A stretch of 40,130 nt of DNA from Verrucomicrobiota bacterium (GCA_033762115.1 JANRLX010000077.1:1-40130), one strand, 5' to 3'; positions 17,978-27,959 are shown, counted from the first letter of the stretch. Numbers and translations are program-made. The notes: generated from the letters alone by a model not told the origin.

Positions 17978-19585
17978 ATGGCCGAACCGAAATCGAATGA
18001 ACTCATGGAAAAGATCGTGTCGTTGTGCAAACGACGCGGCTTCATCTTCCAATCCTCTGAAGTTTATGGGGGAATCAACGGCTTCTGGGATTACGGTCCG
18101 CTCGGCGCTGAGCTGAAACGCAACGTCAAGGACTTCTGGTGGCGTTCCATGACCCGCCTTCGCGATGACATCGTCGGCCTTGAAGCCACCATCATCATGC
18201 ATCCTAAAATCTGGGAAGCCAGCGGCCATACCTCGACTTTCAGCGACCCGATGGTTGACTGTCTGCTCACCAAAAAACGTTTCCGCGCAGACCAGGTCGA
18301 TCCGCAGGACGGAATCATTTATTCCTTCGAAGGAGCCAGGGATGAAACCTCTGGCAAGGAAGCAAAGGAACCTTACTCCGTCCTCCTCGCCCCCGGCAAA
18401 CACCCCGATTCCGCGCGAAAGATCGCCAAACAATTCTACACCGCCCGCGGCCTCGCCACCCCCCTGCTTCTCGGAGAACGAACCGAGGAAGCAAAGGGAA
18501 CCACCCGCTATAACCCGGAGAACGGCAGTCTCCTCACCGAGCCGCGACCGTTCAATCTCATGTTCAAGACCTACGTTGGCCCCGTCGAAAGCGAGGACAA
18601 CGTGGCCTATCTCCGCCCCGAAACAGCCCAGGCCATTTTTGCCCAGTTCAAAAACGTCCTTGATGTGTCGCGACAAAAAGTCCCGTTTGGCATCTGCCAG
18701 ATCGGAAAAGCCTTCCGCAACGAAATCAATCCCCGGAATTTCACCTTCCGCTCCCGCGAGTTCGAACAAATGGAACTGGAATTTTTCATCAAGCCGGATG
18801 AAATCAGCCAAAAATCCCAGCCTGACCCCTCCATCTCTTCAGGAAGCCCGCAACCGAACTGGGGTTGGAATGAATGGCATAAATATTGGGTCGAGGAACG
18901 TGTCCGCTGGTACGAGAGCATCGGGCTGGACCGCGATTCCCTTGATTTTTACTGGCAGAAAAAGGAGGAACTCGCCCATTACGCCAAAGCCACTGTGGAT
19001 ATTCTCTACAAATTTCCTTTTGGCACGCAGGAACTGGAAGGGATCGCTGCACGCGGCGATTTTGATTTGACCCAGCATCAGAAATTCAGCGGCAAATCGA
19101 TGGAATATTTCGATGAAGAGGCAAAAGCCAGGTACGTGCCACATGTCATCGAACCCAGCGCCGGAGTGGACCGGCTGATCCTCGCCCTTATCTGCAAGGC
19201 TTACAATGAAGAGGAGGTCACTGATGAAAAAGGGGTGACTGAAACACGCGTGGTGATGAAGTTTCATCCCAGGATCGCGCCGGTGAAAGTGGGTGTCTTC
19301 CCGCTGCTCAAGAACAAGCCGGAACTTGTGAAAAAAGCTCTTGAAGTGCGCGACCTTCTTCGTCCCCACATGAGCGTTTTTTATGATGAAGCCGGTGCCA
19401 TCGGGCGACGTTATCGCCGACAGGATGAAGCGGGCACTCCGTTCGGGGTGACCATCGATTTCGATACGCTCGGCGAAAAACCGGAGTTACTCGATACAGT
19501 GACTTTGCGGGATCGCGACACGATGAAACAGGAACGAATCAAACTCAGCGACCTGCTGCCGCTCCTGATCAGCAAAATCAGTTAG
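17978..19585 (+). CDS. glyQS: Glycine--tRNA ligase (alpha2 dimeric type)
   Basis: LCKRRGFIF, DYGPLG, YLRPETAQ, GKAFRNEI, REFEQME, PHVIEPS.G.DR and anticodon-binding IGRRYRRQDEAGTP. Confidence 0.97.
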   Translation: MAEPKSNELMEKIVSLCKRRGFIFQSSEVYGGINGFWDYGPLGAELKRNVKDFWWRSMTRLRDDIVGLEATIIMHPKIWEASGHTSTFSDPMVDCLLTKKRFRADQVDPQDGIIYSFEGARDETSGKEAKEPYSVLLAPGKHPDSARKIAKQFYTARGLATPLLLGERTEEAKGTTRYNPENGSLLTEPRPFNLMFKTYVGPVESEDNVAYLRPETAQAIFAQFKNVLDVSRQKVPFGICQIGKAFRNEINPRNFTFRSREFEQMELEFFIKPDEISQKSQPDPSISSGSPQPNWGWNEWHKYWVEERVRWYESIGLDRDSLDFYWQKKEELAHYAKATVDILYKFPFGTQELEGIAARGDFDLTQHQKFSGKSMEYFDEEAKARYVPHVIEPSAGVDRLILALICKAYNEEEVTDEKGVTETRVVMKFHPRIAPVKVGVFPLLKNKPELVKKALEVRDLLRPHMSVFYDEAGAIGRRYRRQDEAGTPFGVTIDFDTLGEKPELLDTVTLRDRDTMKQERIKLSDLLPLLISKIS

Positions 19586-19610
19586 CTTGAAAACCGCCCA
19601 ATCAACAAGG

Positions 19611-19814
19611 TTACTGGTAATGCGGCGGCTTTTGCTGATTGTTCCGAACCCGGTCCAGTTCAATGCCCTGAAGGGAGGCAGCCGCGCTTTGCAGTTCCGT
19701 TTCAAGACGGCTGATTTTTTTCCCCTGCTGAATGACCACTTCATTCAACTGGTCAAAAAGGTACTCGAGATGGGCCAGTTTACTTTCCAATTCCTGCCGG
19801 GCTGCGTCATCCAT
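19611..19814 (-). CDS. slyX: SlyX family protein
   Basis: LESKLAHLE..DQLNEVV..Q coiled coil and C-terminal KPPHY. Confidence 0.88.
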   Translation of the reverse strand: MDDAARQELESKLAHLEYLFDQLNEVVIQQGKKISRLETELQSAAASLQGIELDRVRNNQQKPPHYQ

Positions 19815-19849
19815 GCAGCCAGTATGCTAGGCCGGGCCACGAGGTAAAC

Positions 19850-20617
19850 ATGAATCCAGAGCAAACCAGGCGAATACTGGAACAGTACAAGGCAGGAACG
19901 GTTTCCCTCGACGAGGCTTCAAAATTGCTCCTCGCGGATGAGGTGGTTGACCTCGGATTTGCCGCGGTGGATACCCAGCGCGCCGCCCGCACCGGCTTTC
20001 CCGAAGTGATTTTTGGCTCCGGCAAATCGCCGGACCAGATTTTAAAAATTGCGCGTGAAATCCTGGCTCATAATTCACGGGTCCTTGTCACGCGGGTAGG
20101 GCCCGAGGCTGTCACCCTTCTCCTGAAGGAATTTCCCGCAGCAGTGCATCATGAACAGGCGCGCTGCGTCACGATTGAATCCGGGCCGCTCCCGAAGAGA
20201 GCGGGAGAAATTGTCATTCTCGCTGCCGGAACAAGCGACCTTCCTGTAGCTGAAGAAGCCGCTGTGACTGCTGAAGTCATGGGCAACATGGTCACGCGTA
20301 TTTATGATGTGGGCGTGGCTGGCATTCATCGATTGTTCCGCCGACTCCCGGCCATACGTGCGGCTCATGTTGTCGTTGCGGTTGCGGGAATGGAAGGTGC
20401 GCTTCCGAGCGTGGTCGCTGGATTGATAAGCCGCCCGATCATCGCAGTGCCCACCAGCATTGGGTATGGCGCAAATTTTGGAGGATTGGCTGCCTTGCTG
20501 GCGATGCTGAACAGTTGCGGCAGCGGGGTGACTGTGGTGAATATCGATAACGGCTTCGGCGCTGGTTTCGCCGCAAGCCAGATCAATGCGCTGGCGAACA
20601 GCGGCAGGATTCCATGA
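19850..20617 (+). CDS. larB: Nickel pincer cofactor biosynthesis protein LarB (PurE-like)
   Basis: RTGFPEVIFG.GK, AGTSDLPVAEEA, DVGVAGIHRL, VAGMEGALPSVV, VPTSIGYG, MLNSC and VVNIDNGFGA. Confidence 0.95.
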   Translation: MNPEQTRRILEQYKAGTVSLDEASKLLLADEVVDLGFAAVDTQRAARTGFPEVIFGSGKSPDQILKIAREILAHNSRVLVTRVGPEAVTLLLKEFPAAVHHEQARCVTIESGPLPKRAGEIVILAAGTSDLPVAEEAAVTAEVMGNMVTRIYDVGVAGIHRLFRRLPAIRAAHVVVAVAGMEGALPSVVAGLISRPIIAVPTSIGYGANFGGLAALLAMLNSCGSGVTVVNIDNGFGAGFAASQINALANSGRIP

Positions 20618-21951
20618 AAACGCTTTACCTGGACATTTTTAGCGGGCTCAGCGGCGATATGTTCATTGGGGCCATGCTCGATCTTGGGGTCTCCTTCAGC
20701 GCCGTTGAAGCAGAGCTGTTGAAACTGGGGGTAAGTGGGTATCACCTGCATGTTGCGCGAGGGACAAAGCAACAGATTTCCGGAACAAAATTTGATGTTC
20801 ACCTGGAAAATGAGCATTCTCATTCCCACTCTCATTCTCATTCCGATCTGGGGCATCATCACGGGCATTCCCATGGAAAAATTAATCAAATCCTCAACCC
20901 CCTCGGACATTCTCATGGTCCGGCTCATTCACACGAAGAGCATGCTCATGGGCGGAGTTTCAGTGAGATCAGGATGTTGATCAACGCGAGCGCACTGTCA
21001 CCTTTTGTGCGCGGAAAAGCTGTTCGAATCTTTGAACGGATTGCCCAGGCGGAAGGGAAGATTCACGGCCAGCCGCCTGAACAGGTTCATTTCCATGAGG
21101 TTGGCGCGGTCGATTCAATCGTGGACATTGTTGGCGCATGCATCTGCATGGAATTGCTGGGAAAACCGAGAGTTGAGGCAAGCGCGGTCATTGAAGGAAC
21201 CGGCTGGGTTAATTGCGCTCATGGGCGGTTTCCGATTCCCGCTCCTGCCACCCTGGAAATTCTCGGAGCGGCAGGAATCGCGGTCACCCAGTGTGAAGAG
21301 CCTCACGAACTGGTGACTCCCACCGGCGCAGCGATTCTTGCGGAGTTCGTTGAACGGTTTGGCCCGTTATCAAATTTTGTTCCTGAGAAAATTGGTTTTG
21401 GCCTTGGAACCCGGGACAATAAAACCCGGCCCAACCTGGTTCGGGCCGTCCTCGGAATGATCAAAACAAGTTCAACAGCAACGCTGGATTGGGAGACAGA
21501 CAACGTCACGTTGATTGAAACGAATTTGGATGATCTCCCGGCGGAAATGCTTGGGAGTTTCATGGAGACCAGCATGGAAGCCGGTGCACTGGATGTTTTC
21601 TACACGCCGATCCAGATGAAAAAAAATCGACCGGGGGTGCTCTTGTCGCTGTTATGCGAGTCATCTGAGGCGGACCGGTTCTCGGAACTGATTTTAAAGG
21701 AAACCTCCACGTTTGGGGTGCGTCGCACGATTTATGAACGCCGGAAATTACGACGCGAATCGCGCCTGGTAAAAACGCGATATGGCGAGGTTGAAATCAA
21801 GCTTGGCACTCTCGATGGGAAGGTCATTCAAGCGTCGCCGGAGTTTCGCTCCTGCCAGCAAGTCGCACAGCAGAGCGGCCTGCCTTTCAAACAAGTTTAT
21901 CAGGCAGCTGTTGAAGCTGCCGCTCCCCTGCTTCACCACAATGAAACCTGA
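20614..21951 (+). CDS. larC: Nickel pincer cofactor biosynthesis protein LarC (Ni insertase)
   Basis: SGLSGDM..GA..DLG, His-rich tract, HFHEVGA.DSI.DI, PAPAT, VTPTGAA, ETNLDD, MKKNRPG and ETSTFGVR. ATGA overlap with larB; single uninterrupted ORF. Confidence 0.95.
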   Translation: MKTLYLDIFSGLSGDMFIGAMLDLGVSFSAVEAELLKLGVSGYHLHVARGTKQQISGTKFDVHLENEHSHSHSHSHSDLGHHHGHSHGKINQILNPLGHSHGPAHSHEEHAHGRSFSEIRMLINASALSPFVRGKAVRIFERIAQAEGKIHGQPPEQVHFHEVGAVDSIVDIVGACICMELLGKPRVEASAVIEGTGWVNCAHGRFPIPAPATLEILGAAGIAVTQCEEPHELVTPTGAAILAEFVERFGPLSNFVPEKIGFGLGTRDNKTRPNLVRAVLGMIKTSSTATLDWETDNVTLIETNLDDLPAEMLGSFMETSMEAGALDVFYTPIQMKKNRPGVLLSLLCESSEADRFSELILKETSTFGVRRTIYERRKLRRESRLVKTRYGEVEIKLGTLDGKVIQASPEFRSCQQVAQQSGLPFKQVYQAAVEAAAPLLHHNET

Positions 21952-22183
21952 ACTGCTCGCCATTCTTCGCTGTCCGGATTCAATGCAGAAGCTGGAACTC
22001 GCGTCACCTGAGATGATCCAGCAGGTGAACCAACGGATTCGTTCGCGGTCGATAAAAAATAAAAATGGCAGCACGGTTGAGCAGGAGATCGAGGGGGGAT
22101 TGATTCGAGAGGACCGGTCTGTTCTTTACCCGATTCGCGAAAACATCCCCACGCTGCTGATTGGGGAAGGAATTCTCCTTTAG
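21941..22183 (+). CDS. Trm112/YcaR-like small protein
   Basis: MKPELLAILRCP...L and YPIRENIPTLL pattern. Start at ATG 21941 overlaps the larC end. Confidence 0.8.
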   Translation: MKPELLAILRCPDSMQKLELASPEMIQQVNQRIRSRSIKNKNGSTVEQEIEGGLIREDRSVLYPIRENIPTLLIGEGILL

Positions 22184-22190
22184 CTCAGAT

Positions 22191-22541
22191 TCAAACCGCC
22201 AGCGCCTCCTCCAAAATCCAGATCTCGCCGCCGCGCAGCTCGAATTCGATCTTTTTCAGGGAGGCTCCGCCGCAGGGGCCACGCACACACAACCCGGTCA
22301 ACGGTTCATAAATCGCGCCGTGAGTCTGGCAAATGAAATAATTCCCGGATTTTTCAAAGAAGCGATTATCCCCGTAATCCAATGTCACCGGAACGTGGCG
22401 ACAGACATTTTCATAAGCGACGATGGTTGCGTTGAAATTTGCCAGGAACCCTTCGCGCCTGATTCCTTCCCTGACGAATCGAAATTTAAGTGTCTGCCCC
22501 GGTGGCAGGTCGGTTACTTTGGCCGCAAAAAAACCGGTCAT
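22191..22541 (-). CDS. Rieske [2Fe-2S] ferredoxin-like protein
   Basis: NVCRH and CQTHGA ligand motifs, plus G.C..GPC. Start at ATG 22541 by TAATG coupling to the upstream gene. Confidence 0.9.
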   Translation of the reverse strand: MTGFFAAKVTDLPPGQTLKFRFVREGIRREGFLANFNATIVAYENVCRHVPVTLDYGDNRFFEKSGNYFICQTHGAIYEPLTGLCVRGPCGGASLKKIEFELRGGEIWILEEALAV

Positions 22542-22876
22542 TATTTCCAGGTAAACTCGCTCAGGTCGAGGTGCCAATCGCTGCCATCAGTGACTCGGAC
22601 TGCTTTTTTCTCCTGCCTATAAGTAATTTTCTCAAGGTCAACCGAGGTGGGGATGATGTTGATCAGCACATCGCTGGCGAGGGCGATGATCCGGGTGCGA
22701 AGTTCCGGCCTACGGAGAAATTTGAAAGTGGTTGTATCCACGGTGTAAGTATGGCCGGAAACCCGCGCGATGCCTCCTTCATAAGCATCAACGACACCAA
22801 TGAAATGCCGATGCTGGTCTTTATCGTAATTGCGTCGATGAATAACGTGTATTTTTTCGCCAGGCTTGAGAATCAT
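22541..22876 (-). CDS. Hypothetical protein
   Basis: Beta-rich ~111-aa ORF (MILKPGEKIHVIHRR...) translationally coupled to the Rieske gene. Start placed at ATG 22876. Confidence 0.7.
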   Translation of the reverse strand: MILKPGEKIHVIHRRNYDKDQHRHFIGVVDAYEGGIARVSGHTYTVDTTTFKFLRRPELRTRIIALASDVLINIIPTSVDLEKITYRQEKKAVRVTDGSDWHLDLSEFTWK

Positions 22877-23005
22877 CACAGCAAGAATATCGAGCCATAA
22901 GCTTTTTGAAAAGGTGGAAAGAAACTGTGCGGATTGCGAAGTGTGTGGCATCGTGCGCGTGCATGTTTTCACCAGGCGTTGGAAAGACCAGAACAGTTCG
23001 CTCCC

Positions 23006-24583
23006 ATGCTGCCGGTCATTGAACGTGAGTTAAGGGTTGCCTCCCGGAAGACAAGCACCTACCGGCGGCGGGTGCTGGTCGCGCTGTTCGGGGTGTTACT
23101 TGCCTCCTTTTTTCTGCTGCTGGCTGCTTTCAATGCTGCCCCCCGTTTCAGTGGCTCGGCGCTCTTTATGACGATGGGGACCCTCGCCTTTCTTTTCTCC
23201 CTTCTGGAAGGGATGAGGCATGCCGCAGATTGCATCAGCGCGGAAAAACGGGAAGGGACGCTGGGCTTGATGTTTCTCACGGACCTGAACGGCTTTGATA
23301 TTGTACTCGGCAAATTATCGGCGATTGCGGTGCGCTCACTCCACAGCCTTTTGTCATTTTTCCCGGTCCTGGCAATTGCGCTGTTACTTGGGGGTGTCAC
23401 AGGGGGGGAATTTTTCCGGATGGTCCTCGTGATGTTGAACGCGTTGTTCTTATCGCTGGGAGTGGGGATCGGGGTTTCCGCTTTAACCCGCCGAGCACAT
23501 ATCGCAATCAGTCTGACTTTTGTGGCATTGACCTCGCTAACGGTAGTTCCCTTCATTCTTCGGCTGATTACCCAGCGCCTTGGACAAGACTCTGTTTCCT
23601 TATGGATTGGCAGCCTCTCTCCACTTACAAGCATGAGTCTGGTGGATGAGGGCAGCTATCTGGGGAATGTCCGGGCTTACTGGATCTCAATCGCTGCCGG
23701 GCAGGTGTTTGGCTGGGGGATGATTGCGCTGGCGGCGCGAAGCATTCGATTTTCATGGCAGGAACGGGGGGTACAATCTCCGGAGCAAAGCAACATTTTC
23801 CGGAAGGACCACGCAATAAAACGAGCGGCATTTCGGAAAAAGATGCTGGCGGTGAATCCCATTTTATGGCTTTCCAGCCGACAGCCTGAACAGACCCGAC
23901 TCAGCTGGAGTTTTTCCCTCCTGATCGTCCTGATTGCCACACCGTTGCTTTATTTTGAATCAGGCGCAGTGGGCAGCAACGTGCTGGTTGTGATTACGAG
24001 CCTGGCGCTGAAGGTGTGGCTGGTGATTCAGGCCTGCACTCCGTTTGCCCAGGCGCGGGAAACCGGAGCGATTGAACTTTGGCTGGTCACTCCACTCCGC
24101 TTGAACCAGGTGGTCAATGGACAGATATTGGCGCTGCTGCGGATTTTTGGGCTTCCGGTGTTTCTGCTGTGTGGATGGCAACTTCTGGCAAATATTTTTT
24201 CAATCATGGCCGATCTGAGTCAGGGGAATTTTGATTCGCTGCTGCAGCTATTTCTGGTGGGAATGTTCCAGATTGGCTTTTTGGTGGACGTGGCTTCGAT
24301 TGCGCTCGTGGGAATGTGGCTTGGCTTGAGGGAACAGACCCTGACGCGCGCGATTTTCAAAACATTGGGGCTTACGCTTGTGCTGCCGACCTTCCTTCAG
24401 TTCTGCTGCATTCCATCACTCGTGATCAACGTGGTCCTGGGAGGCATTGCTTACTCGCGCATTTACGACACTTTAAAAAGCTATGCGGCGACACGGTTCG
24501 GGACAAATGATGCTCGCTCGAACTGGTGGTATTTTGGGGGCAGTTCCACTCCAAGCCAGCCACCGATTATTCCGCGGGGCTGA
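23006..24583 (+). CDS. ABC-2 type transporter permease-like membrane protein
   Basis: MLPVIERELRVASR, ADCISAEKREGTLGLMFLTDL..IVLGKL and a second repeat ARETGAIELWLVTPL; multiple TMs. Confidence 0.85.
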   Translation: MLPVIERELRVASRKTSTYRRRVLVALFGVLLASFFLLLAAFNAAPRFSGSALFMTMGTLAFLFSLLEGMRHAADCISAEKREGTLGLMFLTDLNGFDIVLGKLSAIAVRSLHSLLSFFPVLAIALLLGGVTGGEFFRMVLVMLNALFLSLGVGIGVSALTRRAHIAISLTFVALTSLTVVPFILRLITQRLGQDSVSLWIGSLSPLTSMSLVDEGSYLGNVRAYWISIAAGQVFGWGMIALAARSIRFSWQERGVQSPEQSNIFRKDHAIKRAAFRKKMLAVNPILWLSSRQPEQTRLSWSFSLLIVLIATPLLYFESGAVGSNVLVVITSLALKVWLVIQACTPFAQARETGAIELWLVTPLRLNQVVNGQILALLRIFGLPVFLLCGWQLLANIFSIMADLSQGNFDSLLQLFLVGMFQIGFLVDVASIALVGMWLGLREQTLTRAIFKTLGLTLVLPTFLQFCCIPSLVINVVLGGIAYSRIYDTLKSYAATRFGTNDARSNWWYFGGSSTPSQPPIIPRG

Positions 24584-25859
24584 CCTGGCCGACTTGTTCA
24601 TCCACAATGCAGGCGGTGACCACGTCTGCTGCGACATTCAATGTGGTGCGGGCCATGTCAAGAATGCGGTCCACTCCAAGAACGAGGGCAATGCCTTCCG
24701 GAGGAATGCCCAGCGTGGCGAGCAAACCGACGATCAACGGAAGGGAAGCGCCGGGAATTCCAGCCACAGCAACTGCACTTAGAACGGCCATGGTGAGGAG
24801 AAATAGTTGATGAAACAGGCTGACCGGCACTCCATATACCTGGGCAATAAAGAGCACAACGCATCCTTCATACAACGCGGTACCACTCATGTTCATCGTG
24901 GCACCCAATGGCAAAACGAATCCAGCAGTGCTGGCTGAAATGCCCAATCGCTCCCGAGAAACCTGAATGGTCGTGGGCAATGTGGCGTTGCTCGAACTGG
25001 TTGAGAATGCCGTCACGATGACAGTGCGAATGGCGCGAAAGAAAAGGCGGGGTGATCTTCTGGTAAACATTTTCAGGAGCAATGACATGGTGCCGAACAA
25101 ATGCAATGCAATGGTCAGAAGGGCCGCTGCGAGGAAGATGGAGAGTGATTGTAAAAAGCCGAAACCGAATTTGATGATGACGGAGGCAATCATGGCGGGA
25201 ACCGCAAATGGAGCGAGGAGGAGCGCCAGATGGACAAGCCGGGTCATGAGTTCGTTAAGCAGTTCCAGTCCCTCGATCAATCTGGCTCTTCGCTCAGCTG
25301 ATAAGGTTGTTCCGGCTGCGCCAACCAAAAGGGCAAAAATAATCAGCGGCAATACCTGAAAATTGACGACGGCCTGGAGAAAATTCCGCGGCAGGAACAT
25401 ATCCACGATGACATTGAGGTCGATGGCAGTGCTTTCCTTTTTTTCAACAATCGTCGCGGCACTGCCACCAAATTCCGTCAGCATCGCTTTTTGGGTCGCC
25501 TCATCGATCCACTCTCCGGGCCGCACCAGGTTCATGATCAGCAACCCCAGCGCCGTGCCGATTGCCATATTGATTAAAAAAAACAGGAACGTTCTTCCGG
25601 CGAGTGGCCCGAGTCGATCCAGCCGGCCAAGTTGGGTGACGCCCAATGCCAGAGAACCGAACACCAATGGAACAACGACCATGAAAAGGAGGCGGAGAAA
25701 AATCTGACCCAGGGGATCCAATACCTCGGTGGCGACCCAGCGGGCGGGGGGCAGGATACCAGGCCAGAATTGACCCAGGCCGCGAATGAGCAGGCCAGCG
25801 ACAATTCCCACTCCAAGACTTATCAGGATCCGTGTTGCCAGTTTATCTGAACTGGTCAC
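24567..25859 (-). CDS. Dicarboxylate/amino acid:cation symporter (DAACS, GltP-like)
   Basis: FLRLLFMVVVPLVF, AFSTSSSNATLP, LPLGATMNMSGT and DRILDMARTTLNV..D. GTG start with GTGA overlap. Confidence 0.93.
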   Translation of the reverse strand: MTSSDKLATRILISLGVGIVAGLLIRGLGQFWPGILPPARWVATEVLDPLGQIFLRLLFMVVVPLVFGSLALGVTQLGRLDRLGPLAGRTFLFFLINMAIGTALGLLIMNLVRPGEWIDEATQKAMLTEFGGSAATIVEKKESTAIDLNVIVDMFLPRNFLQAVVNFQVLPLIIFALLVGAAGTTLSAERRARLIEGLELLNELMTRLVHLALLLAPFAVPAMIASVIIKFGFGFLQSLSIFLAAALLTIALHLFGTMSLLLKMFTRRSPRLFFRAIRTVIVTAFSTSSSNATLPTTIQVSRERLGISASTAGFVLPLGATMNMSGTALYEGCVVLFIAQVYGVPVSLFHQLFLLTMAVLSAVAVAGIPGASLPLIVGLLATLGIPPEGIALVLGVDRILDMARTTLNVAADVVTACIVDEQVGQVSPAE

Positions 25860-26755
25860 GGTTGTTCCTTTGCAAGAAATATGGCAACCACAGGTCTGTG
25901 GTCGGAAGCCAAACCCCAATTGGCAGCGGTGAAGACATAGGAACCCGGCGATTGCCACTCCTTCGCCATGCCGCTGCTCAATAAAATGTAATCGAGGCGA
26001 CTGTAGATATCCTGTTTGGCATAAAAATGGGTCCAGGCGACGTTTCGAGAAGTGAGGCCATCGCCATTTTGTTCTGATGGACGTGTATCAATCAGTTTTG
26101 ATTTGCCCCGACCTATCACCTGACGGAGGGGGCGGGAATTCCAGTCATCATTCAAATCGCCGAGGACAACGAGATTTACCCTGGGGTTTTCCTTGAGCAA
26201 TTCATTGACTCGTTCCCGGAGCAGGACCGCTTCCTCAAACCGCAGTTCGGATTCATCCGCGAGGGCGGAATCCAGCCGGCTTTTGAGATGCACATTCAAC
26301 AGCCTGAATCGATATCCATGATTTACCTCGATTTCCGCTTCGGCGATTCCGCGGTTCATCTGGAACCGGCGACCGTTCAACAGGAAATTCAGGTTTGTGT
26401 GGGGACGAAATTGCACGATGGGAAATTTGCTCAAGAGGGCCACATGTCGTTCGCGGTCGGCGGCATGGACAAGGCCCCAGTAGGGAAATTCGAGGCCATT
26501 GGTTTTAAGGGTCTCACGCAATTCCTGCAAGGCCTCCAGATTTCCCACTTCCTGAAGCGCGAGAACATCCGGAGAGATGGTCAAAAGATGTTCCCGGACC
26601 CTGGCGCGGGACTCGGGGGTTTTCGCCTGCAACTGCGGGCGTGAATCGAGACGATAGTTTTCGAGGTTATAGGTGGCGATGGAGAATGTTTCAGGCGGGG
26701 CAGCTTTTGCGACGGAAAAGCAAACAACGAACGCAAATAGAATCCGCCAAATCAT
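25856..26755 (-). CDS. Secreted endonuclease/exonuclease/phosphatase (EEP) family protein
   Basis: Signal peptide; ATYNLEN, DVLALQEV, VHLKS, LGDLND, LDYIL and SDHRPV. Confidence 0.92.
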   Translation of the reverse strand: MIWRILFAFVVCFSVAKAAPPETFSIATYNLENYRLDSRPQLQAKTPESRARVREHLLTISPDVLALQEVGNLEALQELRETLKTNGLEFPYWGLVHAADRERHVALLSKFPIVQFRPHTNLNFLLNGRRFQMNRGIAEAEIEVNHGYRFRLLNVHLKSRLDSALADESELRFEEAVLLRERVNELLKENPRVNLVVLGDLNDDWNSRPLRQVIGRGKSKLIDTRPSEQNGDGLTSRNVAWTHFYAKQDIYSRLDYILLSSGMAKEWQSPGSYVFTAANWGLASDHRPVVAIFLAKEQP

Positions 26756-26809
26756 GGATTGAGTTACTCCTGAAGGAGCGATTGCGGCAAGTGATAACTG
26801 CGGGAGTGA

Positions 26810-27886
26810 TCAAAAAGGGAGTTTGAGTTGCTCGGTTCCGACAGCGTCCCGCAGCCCGCTCACTCCCAAGCCGAGGAGACGCAAAGGACGATTGACCAGC
26901 CGCTCCCTTCCTAGGAGATGACAGCCGAGACGATAAATTTCCTTCTGTTCAGAGATTGGTTCCTCCAGGGAAATCTGCCGGGTCAGAGTGGTGAAATCGC
27001 TGTAGCGAAGTTTCACCTGAACTGTGGTGGCGGCAATTCGTTTGCGTTTCAATTTTTCAGCCAGTTCCTCCGCCTGCTGTTTCAGGCAGGAGCGGAGCCT
27101 CGCACGATCTTCCGTGTCCCGGTCAAAGGTTTCTTCGCTGCTGATGCTTTTGATGGTCTCTCCCGGTTCAACAGGGCGGTCATCGTTTCCAAAGGCGTAT
27201 TGCCGGAGGCTGTCCGCCCATGAGCCCGCGAGGGCCCGAAGATTTCCAGTGAAATCCTGAATGTCACCGATCGTAAAAAGACCGGCAGAGTTGAGGACCT
27301 TTTCCGTGACTTTTCCAACCCCATGAATTGCACGAACCGGAAGGGGGCGCAGAAATTGGACCTTGTCCCGTTCAGGAACAAGGGTGAGGCCGTTCGGCTT
27401 CTGGAAATCACTGGCCAATTTGGAAAGAAATTTGTTCGAGGCAATTCCAACGGTTGCGGTCAATTTCCGTGATTCGTAAATTTTTCTTTTTAGCTCACGG
27501 GCGATTGGCACCGCATCATAGAGGCGTCTTTCATGCTCTGTTCCCTGCACGATTTGAGAAAGATCAAGGTAGGCTTCATCAATGGACATTTTTTCCATGG
27601 GCCCCCCAATGGAAGCGAGAATCTCCATGATCCAATGGGATTCCTCCCGGTAAACATCGATCCGGGGGCGAACAAATATTCCTTTGGGACAGAGCCGTCC
27701 GGCGGTGAAGCTGGGCATGGCAGAGCGGACACCGAATTTGCGAGCTTCATAACTTGCGGCACATACGACGCCGCGTTGATGCGGAGGGGAGCCGACAATG
27801 ACGGGTTTGCCGCGGAATTGCGGATGGTCCCGCTGCTCAACCGCAGCAAAGAAGGCATCCATATCAATGTGCAGGACAACGCGCAC
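26810..27886 (-). CDS. dinB: DNA polymerase IV
   Basis: HIDMDAFFAAVE, SYEARKFGVRSAM, SIDEAYLD, SKLASD..KPNG, little-finger domain and C-terminal clamp-binding-like QLKLPF. Confidence 0.96.
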   Translation of the reverse strand: MRVVLHIDMDAFFAAVEQRDHPQFRGKPVIVGSPPHQRGVVCAASYEARKFGVRSAMPSFTAGRLCPKGIFVRPRIDVYREESHWIMEILASIGGPMEKMSIDEAYLDLSQIVQGTEHERRLYDAVPIARELKRKIYESRKLTATVGIASNKFLSKLASDFQKPNGLTLVPERDKVQFLRPLPVRAIHGVGKVTEKVLNSAGLFTIGDIQDFTGNLRALAGSWADSLRQYAFGNDDRPVEPGETIKSISSEETFDRDTEDRARLRSCLKQQAEELAEKLKRKRIAATTVQVKLRYSDFTTLTRQISLEEPISEQKEIYRLGCHLLGRERLVNRPLRLLGLGVSGLRDAVGTEQLKLPF

Positions 27887-27931
27887 AGGTTCCTTTTACT
27901 GCGGGGCGGCCAGAGAAACAATCGCAGGCAG

Positions 27932-27959
27932 AAAAAAGCCGGGGCAAACCCCCGGCTTT
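27932..27959 (-). terminator. Rho-independent terminator closing the pil-like/NHL-protein operon
   Basis: Plus-strand stem AAAGCCGGGG-caaac-CCCCGGCTTT; on the minus strand the GC stem is followed by T6. Confidence 0.85.

Noticed and set aside
20815..20950. CATTCT/CATTCC-like tandem repeats
   Set aside because: They encode the His-rich nickel-binding tract normal for LarC.
27887..27931. SOS (LexA) box upstream of dinB
   Set aside because: No TGTTC-N4-GAACA (verrucomicrobial) or CTGT-N8-ACAG motif is present.
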